Shown piece after piece: positions 8,859 to 16,652 of a DNA stretch of 64,000 nucleotides (position 1 is the stretch's first letter; each line of letters starts with the position of its first letter). The notes beneath the pieces were generated by a model. It made no database searches, had not been told where the DNA came from, and saw nothing but the letters and a program-made list of their open reading frames with translations. The stretch spans positions 1,813 to 65,812 of the IMG/VR virus record IMGVR_UViG_3300013936_000026. One strand, 5' to 3'. Made by a program: the position numbers and the translations under genes. The DNA is from a virus. Taxonomy: Duplodnaviria > Caudoviricetes.

Positions 8859-8982
8859 ATGGGAATAGTATTATTCCTTGGTTGTTATTTACTTATAAGT
8901 CAAATACTTATATCTTGCTTACCTTGTTCAACATGTTAATGAACTCTTGAGTAGGCTGCAACTAAGACAAATAATATCCTGT

Positions 8983-10301
8983 CACTAGTGTCCCGTTTAA
9001 CTGGGGCAATTATTATATAAGTTATTTATTTTCAATATTTTATATTCTATAAGTCGTGTATTCGATTTGATTTTGTACTTTTGTACTCATAATTAATTTA
9101 TGCGTACAATGAACAAAGGCAAAACTATATTTTCCCAGATTATGTCACTTATACCAGAACGTGATTTCAAGGCTTGCGTTGACCGTTATAAAGGTAACTA
9201 TAGAGCAAGAAACTTTACCTGTAGGGATCAGTTCTTGGTAATGAGTTATGCACAATTGACAGGTCGTGATAGTCTCCGAGACATAGAAAATTGTCTTATG
9301 GCACTCTCAACAAAACTTTACCATTGCGGTATTAGTTATGCTGTTCCTCGTAATACGTTAGCTAAAGCCAACGAGAATAGAGACTGGCACATCTATAAAG
9401 ACTTCGCAGAGGTACTATTAAAAAAAGTACGTCCACTTTACGCTAAGGAACATTTTAGACTTGAGCTTGACAACATGGTCTATGCCTTTGACAGTAGCAC
9501 CATAAGTTTATGTCTTAAACTCTGCCCTTGGGCTAAGTTCCGTAAGACTAAGGGAGGCATAAAAATGCATACATTGTTAGACTTACGTGGTAATCTACCA
9601 GTGTCTGTCTATCTGACTACAGCATCCGTAAATGACGTGAAGGGATTGGATGAGCTTTATATAGAACCAGCTGCTATATACTTGATGGACAAAGGGTATG
9701 TTGACTTTAATCGTCTCTTCAAATTGATAAATAAGAAGAATGCATACTTTGTCACCAGGGCTAAAGATAACATGCTTTTCGATGTAGTATCAGTAAGTCC
9801 TGTTGATCAAAGCACTGGAGTCATTGCCGATGAACATATCAAATTAACAGGACAGCGCACCTCCAAATGGTATCCTGAAGAACTAAGGATGGTAACGTAT
9901 GAAGACTATGCAACAAATAATGTGTATAGATTCCTCACAAACAACACGGAATTTGAAGCCATTACCATTTCTGAGTTATATAGAGAAAGATGGAACGTGG
10001 AGCTGTTCTTTAAATGGATTAAGCAACATCTTCACATCAAATCATTTTATGGAACTTCAGAAAATGCCATATATTTACAAATTTGGATTGCCATTTGTAC
10101 CTATTTACTTCTTGCTTATGCAAAGAAGGTGATGCACATTGAACAATCGTTACACACTATTTCAAAGAACGTGGGTCTATTCCTTACGGATAAGACTCCT
10201 TTAAACGAATTATTCTACAAAGCTGTTCCTAAAGAAGAGCCGGAGGATTTATGGTATCCTAGTCTTTTTAAGCCCGACGATTTCTAAACGGGACAGCAGT
10301 G
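8983..10301 (+). mobile_element. IS4-family insertion sequence, 1319 bp
   Basis: 16-bp terminal inverted repeats, 14/16 match (cactagtgtcccgttt 8983-8998; aaacgggacagcagtg 10286-10301); 9-bp target duplication atatcctgt at 8974-8982 and 10302-10310. Confidence 0.95.
9100..10287 (+). CDS. IS4-family DDE transposase (start possibly 9109)
   Basis: N-terminal GKTIFSQ..DUF4372-like region; AFDSSTI, LMDKGY, LYRERWNVELFFKWIK (YREK motif). Confidence 0.95.
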   Translation: MRTMNKGKTIFSQIMSLIPERDFKACVDRYKGNYRARNFTCRDQFLVMSYAQLTGRDSLRDIENCLMALSTKLYHCGISYAVPRNTLAKANENRDWHIYKDFAEVLLKKVRPLYAKEHFRLELDNMVYAFDSSTISLCLKLCPWAKFRKTKGGIKMHTLLDLRGNLPVSVYLTTASVNDVKGLDELYIEPAAIYLMDKGYVDFNRLFKLINKKNAYFVTRAKDNMLFDVVSVSPVDQSTGVIADEHIKLTGQRTSKWYPEELRMVTYEDYATNNVYRFLTNNTEFEAITISELYRERWNVELFFKWIKQHLHIKSFYGTSENAIYLQIWIAICTYLLLAYAKKVMHIEQSLHTISKNVGLFLTDKTPLNELFYKAVPKEEPEDLWYPSLFKPDDF

Positions 10302-10348
10302 ATATCCTGTTTTAGCCTTTCTCTGATTGAAATGTTTTGTTTCTGATG

Positions 10349-10356
10349 CAAAGGTA
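10349..10356 (-). promoter_or_regulatory. Minus-strand TAnnTTTG promoter facing the att site
   Basis: Reverse complement tacctttg followed by c; divergent from the plus-strand motif at 10465-10472. Confidence 0.5.
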
Positions 10357-10464
10357 CTAACTTTATTTGAAATAAAGAAGAGTCCTATAGTACTTGCTGT
10401 ATTAAATATAGTTAAGAGAATAAAGATTTAAGATGTTTACTAAGACTTTTTAAAAAGAAAAGTG

Positions 10465-10472
10465 TATCTTTG
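10465..10472 (+). promoter_or_regulatory. TAnnTTTG promoter upstream of the packaging-gene unit
   Basis: tatctttg followed by c in an AT-rich intergenic region. Confidence 0.55.
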
Positions 10473-10587
10473 CAACAGAAAATACTTAGATGTATAACAA
10501 GCTACAAGACAGTATAAAAGAACGCTTTGTTAAAGTGATACTTTAAGTAAATATGTAAGGAAAAGAAACTTTAAAAACAAGAATATT

Positions 10588-10809
10588 ATGGTATCAAAAA
10601 TTAAATCCACATCCATCAGTAGGGATGAACAGAGATGGCAAGCTGAGAGTGATGCTGACACCATGGCAAGGTATCAAGAGATAATGAATGATAGTGCCAG
10701 GAGAAACAGAGCTATCAAGGTCGCTAAGACAAAGGCTGCTGAACTCTCCAAGAGAGCAAGTGCAATGCAGAATGTTGCAAAGGTTAAGTCACCCTCTAAA
10801 AGAAAGTAA
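10588..10809 (+). CDS. Small basic hypothetical protein
   Basis: K/R/A-rich 73-aa ORF after the promoter. Confidence 0.7.
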   Translation: MVSKIKSTSISRDEQRWQAESDADTMARYQEIMNDSARRNRAIKVAKTKAAELSKRASAMQNVAKVKSPSKRK

Positions 10810-10812
10810 CCT

Positions 10813-10974
10813 ATGAAGACTCATATAGATTATTTTGTAGCTAGGTCACTTAGGCTACTGATAGATGCTGTTAATCAGTATAATGAAAACAATCCAGATA
10901 CCCCTGTCTTGAAGGAGGACATTGTAGAGGTCAAGGAAACAGGAGAGGGTTATATTCTCTTGTATTATAGATAA
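10813..10974 (+). CDS. Small hypothetical protein, 53 aa (MKTHIDYFVARSLRLL...)
   Basis: Translated by hand; fills the gap between adjacent genes. Confidence 0.55.
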   Translation: MKTHIDYFVARSLRLLIDAVNQYNENNPDTPVLKEDIVEVKETGEGYILLYYR

Positions 10975-10998
10975 GGTGTAACGTTCAATTCTATTGTT

Positions 10999-11430
10999 AT
11001 GACAAAATCAAAGAAGATAATGAAAGAGGAGGAAGATCCTTGGACATTCTGTCCTAAGTGTTACTCCATAAGGTTCAAGTATGAGGATTCACTTGGAACT
11101 GAATGCTGTGAGGACTGTGGTTGCACAGACCTAAAGACCTCTACCTTTGAGGAATGGGATAAGCTATATAGAAATAGATATGGGCATCCTTATTTGGAAG
11201 ATGCAGGTCTTGTCAAGAAATCACCTATATTCCTATTGACAGATGAGCAATTGAAGACTAGGTTATTCAAGCATCCTGATTGTATGAGGATTTGCAAGGA
11301 ACTATACCCTGCATTCCCAGGAGGACTTAGCAAAGAGGATGCTGTGTTGTTGTTATTCTCAAAACTTGTCAATGACAATAGGTTGGATGCACTTAGAATG
11401 AATTTATATAACAGAACTAAAAATAAGTAA
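10999..11430 (+). CDS. Zinc-ribbon protein
   Basis: CPKC...CEDC pair. Confidence 0.7.
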   Translation: MTKSKKIMKEEEDPWTFCPKCYSIRFKYEDSLGTECCEDCGCTDLKTSTFEEWDKLYRNRYGHPYLEDAGLVKKSPIFLLTDEQLKTRLFKHPDCMRICKELYPAFPGGLSKEDAVLLLFSKLVNDNRLDALRMNLYNRTKNK

Positions 11431-11434
11431 AAGT

Positions 11435-11740
11435 ATGGAAGAGCAGAATAAATCAAAGGTAGTGAAGATGAATGCAGGCAATAATAAGTCTGAGGAAAAG
11501 AAAAAACTTAGTTATGAACAACTTAATGATGCTTGCAATCAGTTGTTTCAGCAAAATCAGCAACTTGCTAGAAGAAACAGGGAGCTTGAGGGATTTGCAA
11601 TGAATAAGAGACTTGATTATCTCTTTAAGGTATTGGAGTTCAGTAATAATTTCTCAAGTGATTTTGTAGGCAATTGTGCCAGTGAGATTGAGGAAGCAAT
11701 GACTATTCCTCAGGAAGTAGAAGAACATAAAGGCAAATAG
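11435..11740 (+). CDS. Coiled-coil hypothetical protein
   Basis: ORF track; operon packing. Confidence 0.7.
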   Translation: MEEQNKSKVVKMNAGNNKSEEKKKLSYEQLNDACNQLFQQNQQLARRNRELEGFAMNKRLDYLFKVLEFSNNFSSDFVGNCASEIEEAMTIPQEVEEHKGK

Positions 11741-11741
11741 T

Positions 11742-12176
11742 ATGGAAGAGTCAACAAACAATAAAAACAATGGTTTCCACTTGCCAAAGCCTAACAATGT
11801 GATACCTATCAAGGTAACAATGGGCTTGGACTTCTTCAAGTGGTGGTGCCTGTTCCTAAAGCCATTCATCAATCTTACTCCTAGGGAGAGAGATGTTATA
11901 GCAAGTTTTCTCAATCAGAGATGGGAACTTTCTAAGAAGACAAGTGATCCTGCCATCCTTGATACCATGGTGATGAGTAATGATACAAAGAGTAAGGTTA
12001 TTGCTGAGTGTGGAATTACACAGGCACATTTCTATGTAGTGATGAGCAATCTCAGAAAGAACAAAATTATTGTGAATAATGTTATTAATCCAAGGTTGAT
12101 TCCTAACATTAGGAAGGATGACAATGGTTACTTTCAGTTGCTGGTATTGTTTAAAGATAGTCAGTTGAGTGCATGA
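11742..12176 (+). CDS. Hypothetical protein (possible winged-helix DNA binder)
   Basis: LTPRERDVIA and CGITQAHFYVVMSNLRKNKII resemble HTH elements. Confidence 0.6.
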   Translation: MEESTNNKNNGFHLPKPNNVIPIKVTMGLDFFKWWCLFLKPFINLTPRERDVIASFLNQRWELSKKTSDPAILDTMVMSNDTKSKVIAECGITQAHFYVVMSNLRKNKIIVNNVINPRLIPNIRKDDNGYFQLLVLFKDSQLSA

Positions 12177-12442
12177 CCTATAAAGATATTATAGTAAAGG
12201 TAGCTGGTGACTTAGGTCTTTCCAAGAGACTTGTAGATAAGACTTACAGGGCTTATTGGAAAGCTGTGAGGGAGCATATTTCCTCATTGCCTTTGAAGGA
12301 AGACCTGACTGATGAGGAGTTTATGAAACTGCAACCTAATGTGAACATTCCTTCCATAGGCAAGCTTTATGTTACTCTTAACAGATACCACAGGATAAAT
12401 GAATCATATAATAATTATTTACAAAAACAAAATAAAAAGTAG
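12173..12442 (+). CDS. HU/IHF-like small DNA-binding protein
   Basis: MTYKDIIVKVAGDLGLSKRLVDK...VNIPSIGKLYV follows the HU pattern. Confidence 0.6.
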   Translation: MTYKDIIVKVAGDLGLSKRLVDKTYRAYWKAVREHISSLPLKEDLTDEEFMKLQPNVNIPSIGKLYVTLNRYHRINESYNNYLQKQNKK

Positions 12443-12446
12443 AATT

Positions 12447-12860
12447 ATGTTACATATTACATCTATAAAGCCCTTGTTTAATCACTTATTGATTACCGCT
12501 GATAAGTTTGAGAAGGATATGATTAGCAATGGAGTCATTGTTGCTGGCAAAGGAGATTTAAAGTTATGGCAGACTGTTATTGCCATTGGTTTTACAGTCA
12601 GAGACATTAAGGTAGGAGACAAGGTAATGATTATTCCTGACCATTTTGCCGTAAAGAAGTACAATAAGAACTCTGTTCAGAATGACTTGGACAATAATCC
12701 TGTCCTCACCTATAATTTCCCAATTGAAACAATAGATGACAAGGATGGTAATCCACAGGAATATCTTTACATCTCAGACAATGATGTAAGATATGTCTTT
12801 TATGGAGAGGAGAAGGACGAAGCTCTCATTACCCCTGGTAAGGCTAAATTAATAGTATAA
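12447..12860 (+). CDS. GroES-like co-chaperonin
   Basis: IKPLFNHLLI...VIAIG..VRDIKVGDKV matches the GroES signature; likely start at 12447. Confidence 0.65.
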   Translation: MLHITSIKPLFNHLLITADKFEKDMISNGVIVAGKGDLKLWQTVIAIGFTVRDIKVGDKVMIIPDHFAVKKYNKNSVQNDLDNNPVLTYNFPIETIDDKDGNPQEYLYISDNDVRYVFYGEEKDEALITPGKAKLIV

Positions 12861-12985
12861 GGTGAATTTGAATTTTTCATGATTTTTTCTAAATGAGACA
12901 ATAGCTCTAGCCTGTGAAGGTTGGGGCTATTTTTATGTTATCTAAGCATTAGTCTTAGATACTTGCCTATACCTTATTATATATA

Positions 12986-12993
12986 TACTTTTG
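12986..12993 (+). promoter_or_regulatory. TAnnTTTG promoter upstream of terminase
   Basis: tacttttg followed by c, 22 bp before the ATG. Confidence 0.6.
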
Positions 12994-13015
12994 CAGGAAT
13001 AAAGAGTAGAAGTAT

Positions 13016-15289
13016 ATGGAGAATATAAGGTTTAATAAATGTCAGACACCTCTTGAAGACTTACATCTAGAGAACTATCCTACGGAAGTGCAAGAACAAT
13101 TTTGGGATTTCCTTAACAATGTTCCCCTTATCAAGTGGATGGTGTCTCCTGATAGACCTCTTGTGTCAGAACTTCCTAGAAATAAGGAAGGCAGGGCTAT
13201 CATAGATATTACACATCCTCCTATTTTGGAAGGAAGTGATTATTTCAGACCATCAGCATTAGCTTTTGAAAAAAACAAAGGAAGATATTCCTTGCTAAGA
13301 CCTAATGCCAATCCTAACAGTGACTATGGCAGATGGCTATATGGTGAGAGGAGCAGGGGATGGAATGGCTATTGTAATCCTCAGACAGGCATGTGGGTTA
13401 CAGGAGATTACTATTGGATGCTTAATTTCTGTCCTATGCACCTTGTCAAGAAAAATGAGAAAGGAGTATCCATGAGAACTGTAGCCCATCCTAGATTTTG
13501 GGATGGTCAGTTCCTAATGTCTCATTACTTGCATCAAGGTAGAGTTCATGGACATCATGCTTCTGCATTGGCTAGTCGTGGTAGGGGTAAGACTAGCTTT
13601 GGAGCTGGACTTCTTGCTAGGAGATGTATAATAGGAGAAACAGAAGATAATAGGAAGGAAGTACAGTGTATGGTTACTGCTGTAGATAGAACCAAACTTA
13701 TGGATACTAATATGATTCTCAAGGTATTCAAGGATAACCTAGACCATTGTGCAAAGTATACTCAGTTTGCATCAAGGAGATTAAAGTCATCAGACCAAGA
13801 GATGGAATGGAAGATGGGATTCAAAAAGGCAGGTAGTGAGGTGGAATATGGCAGTAAGAACTCTGTGTCAGGTATTATCTCAGGTGTTAACCAAGATAAG
13901 TTGAATGGTTCTCGTGGAGTATTATATCTTATTGAGGAGGCAGGTATCTTCAAGAACTTGCTTAGTGTATTCAATATGATTAGACCTTCTGTAGAGCAGG
14001 GTAATGATACCTTTGGTGAAATTTTTGCTTATGGGACTGCTGGAGATGATCAATCTGACTTTACAGCCTTTGCTGAGATGTTCTATTCTCCTGAAGGATA
14101 TAACATGGAACCTTTAGAGAATGTCTTTGATAAGGAAGGGCAGGGAAGGAAGCATTGTTGCTTCTTCTATGGTGCCTATATGAACTATGGTAATGACTAT
14201 ATTGATGAGAACGGTAACTCTGATGTTACCAAGGCTTTGCTTGCCATACTATATGATAGATACAAAGTAAAGTATGGTTCCACTGATGTCAATACCATTG
14301 TAAAACGTATATCCCAATATCCTATAGTTCCACAGGAAGCCATGATGAGAAGTCATGGTAACGTCTTTCCAGTGACAGAACTTAATGAGAGATTAAATCA
14401 GATAGATAACAATCCTAATGAGTATGATGATACTTATGTAGGAGAGTTGGTACAAGATAATAAAACAGGAGAGATTAAGTTCAATCCTACGGCAGATTTA
14501 CCTATCAGAGATTTCCCTACTAAAGATAATAAAGTGAAGGGTGCTCTTGAGATATTTGAGATGCCTAAGAAGGGAAGTGATGGCAAGGTTCCTGCTGGCA
14601 GATATATTCAGAGTGCTGACCCATTTGATAGTGATTGCTCTAATACTATGTCATTAGGTTCTTTGTTTATACTTGACTTATGGACGGATATGATAGTTGC
14701 AGAGTATACAGGAAGACCTCCTTTTGCTGAAGATTTCTATGAGATGGCAAGAAAACTATGTCTGTTCTATAACTGCAAGTGTATGTATGAACAGAACATC
14801 ATGGGTATGTTCTCTTACTTTAGTTCCCATAATTCTGTTCATCTGCTGGCAGAGACTCCAGAGTATCTTGTACAGAGAAACATGATAAGTAGTATAGGCT
14901 ATGGCAATAAGTCTGTAGGTATCAGAGCTATCACTCCTATTATCAATGGTGCATTCAAGATGATACAGACTTGGCTTAGGAAACCTATAGTAACCATTGA
15001 GACAGATGAGAATGGGGAGAATAGGGAAGTACAGATAGCTAATCTATACAGAATAAAGAATAGAGCCTTGCTAAAGGAACTTGTGTTATGGAATCCACAG
15101 GGTAACTTTGATAGGGTGATGAGCTTGGTTCAACTTATGCTCTATAGGGAGGAGAAAATGGTTCTTTACCATGGAGACTTAAAGCATACTGAAGAGGTAG
15201 GCTCTGGCATGGAGAAAGATGATTATTGGGATAAGAACTATCCAGGAAAGAAGGACTATGGTATAGCAGTAAAAAGTTGGTATGAGTAA
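13016..15289 (+). CDS. terL: Terminase large subunit, crAss-like
   Basis: Walker A ASRGRGKTS, Walker B YLIEEAG, nuclease SADPFD...FDRVMSL; 757 aa, uninterrupted. Confidence 0.9.
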   Translation: MENIRFNKCQTPLEDLHLENYPTEVQEQFWDFLNNVPLIKWMVSPDRPLVSELPRNKEGRAIIDITHPPILEGSDYFRPSALAFEKNKGRYSLLRPNANPNSDYGRWLYGERSRGWNGYCNPQTGMWVTGDYYWMLNFCPMHLVKKNEKGVSMRTVAHPRFWDGQFLMSHYLHQGRVHGHHASALASRGRGKTSFGAGLLARRCIIGETEDNRKEVQCMVTAVDRTKLMDTNMILKVFKDNLDHCAKYTQFASRRLKSSDQEMEWKMGFKKAGSEVEYGSKNSVSGIISGVNQDKLNGSRGVLYLIEEAGIFKNLLSVFNMIRPSVEQGNDTFGEIFAYGTAGDDQSDFTAFAEMFYSPEGYNMEPLENVFDKEGQGRKHCCFFYGAYMNYGNDYIDENGNSDVTKALLAILYDRYKVKYGSTDVNTIVKRISQYPIVPQEAMMRSHGNVFPVTELNERLNQIDNNPNEYDDTYVGELVQDNKTGEIKFNPTADLPIRDFPTKDNKVKGALEIFEMPKKGSDGKVPAGRYIQSADPFDSDCSNTMSLGSLFILDLWTDMIVAEYTGRPPFAEDFYEMARKLCLFYNCKCMYEQNIMGMFSYFSSHNSVHLLAETPEYLVQRNMISSIGYGNKSVGIRAITPIINGAFKMIQTWLRKPIVTIETDENGENREVQIANLYRIKNRALLKELVLWNPQGNFDRVMSLVQLMLYREEKMVLYHGDLKHTEEVGSGMEKDDYWDKNYPGKKDYGIAVKSWYE

Positions 15290-15374
15290 ACTAAGAAAGG
15301 TGCTTGTTTTAAGTATCTTTTTAAGTATTTCTTAGGTAATAAATAAGAACAAAGATAATATACTTATATTTCTA

Positions 15375-15382
15375 TACTTTTG
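15375..15382 (+). promoter_or_regulatory. TAnnTTTG promoter upstream of the scaffold/MCP unit
   Basis: tacttttg followed by c; implies the true start is the ATG at 15422. Confidence 0.6.
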
Positions 15383-15421
15383 CAGCAAAAGAAGAATGTA
15401 GAACTAAAGAGAAGAAAAAGT

Positions 15422-16603
15422 ATGGAAGAATTGAGTTTTGACAATATCTTGGGTGAGCAGGAGATTGAGAATCTCTTCATGGAACCTAAAGATACTGATG
15501 TGCAAGAAGAGCACAATGAGACAGAGGAGGAAGACAAGGATACTCCTCCTGAGAAAAAGAAAGAAAAAGATAAAACTACTGAGGATGTAAATCCTGAGAC
15601 TTTGTTTGAGGAAAATCCAGAGAGCGTAGGTAGTGGTGATGATAAAGAAGGTAAGGGTGAAGATACTGATGCTGATGAGGATTCAGATGGCACTTCTCCA
15701 AATGACAACTTCTACTCTTCCATTGCCAATGCCTTGGCAGTAGATGGTATCTTCCCTAACCTTGATGATGAGACTGTAAAGAAAGCTGTAGATGCAGAAT
15801 CCTTTAGTGACTTAATTGAAGCAGAAATTAATGCAAGGCTTGATGAGAAACAGCAGAGGATTTCAAAGGCTCTTGATAATGGAGTGGAGCCTACTGACAT
15901 CAGAAAGTATGAAGGTGTGCTTAACCAAATCAATACTATCACTGATGCAGCCATTGCTGAGGAAAGTGAGAAAGGTGAGAGATTGAGATATAACCTTATC
16001 TATCAAGACTTTCTTAACAAGGGTATGTCACAGGAGAAAGCCAAAAAGCTTACAGACAGAAGTGTAGATAATGGTACTGATGTTGAAGATGCTAAGGATG
16101 CTTTGCAGAGTAACAAGGAGTTCTTTAGCAATGCTTATAACAAGTTGTTGCAGGAGGCACAGGAGGAAGCTGATGAGGAGAAAGCAAACAGAGACAAGAG
16201 AGCAAAACAGTTGGAAACTTCCCTCATGAAAGACAAGCAGTTGCTTGGTGACATGGAGATTGGCAAGGATATTCGTAAGAAGGCATTTGAAACAATTTCC
16301 AAACCTATTTACAAAGACCCAGATACTGGTCAGTATATGACTGCTATCCAAAAGTATGAGAAGGAGCATGGAGCAGATTTCCTCAAGTATACAGGTCTCA
16401 TGTATGTAATGACCAATGGCTTTAAGGATTTTGACTCCTTTGCCAAAGGTAAGGTAAAGAAAGAGATGAAGAAAGGTCTTAGGGATTTGGAGAAAACCTT
16501 GAATAATACTAGGAGAAACAGTGACGGTAGCCTAAATATGGTAACTAGCCAAAAGGATGATCCTAACTCATTTATCAATGGAAATTTGAAACTTGACCTT
16601 TAA
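15422..16603 (+). CDS. Acidic protein preceding MCP (putative scaffold)
   Basis: Very D/E-rich N-terminal half, helical C-terminal half, immediately upstream of MCP as in crAss-like phages. Confidence 0.7.
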   Translation: MEELSFDNILGEQEIENLFMEPKDTDVQEEHNETEEEDKDTPPEKKKEKDKTTEDVNPETLFEENPESVGSGDDKEGKGEDTDADEDSDGTSPNDNFYSSIANALAVDGIFPNLDDETVKKAVDAESFSDLIEAEINARLDEKQQRISKALDNGVEPTDIRKYEGVLNQINTITDAAIAEESEKGERLRYNLIYQDFLNKGMSQEKAKKLTDRSVDNGTDVEDAKDALQSNKEFFSNAYNKLLQEAQEEADEEKANRDKRAKQLETSLMKDKQLLGDMEIGKDIRKKAFETISKPIYKDPDTGQYMTAIQKYEKEHGADFLKYTGLMYVMTNGFKDFDSFAKGKVKKEMKKGLRDLEKTLNNTRRNSDGSLNMVTSQKDDPNSFINGNLKLDL

Positions 16604-16652
16604 GACCTAAAGTATAAGTAAAAGATAAATTAATGTTTAACTATTTTATAAA

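Larger units (their letters stand above)
8517..8961. other. attP-like attachment region
   Basis: A host gene fragment lies next to int, flanked by a perfect 12-bp inverted repeat (aaggtaagcaag 8517-8528 / cttgcttacctt 8914-8925) and GGCTGCAA repeats (8554-8566 inverted, 8582-8591, 8590-8602, 8954-8961). Confidence 0.75.

Noticed and set aside
13016-15289. Intein or intron in terminase
   Set aside because: Continuous ORF of expected size with no intein-like splice motifs seen
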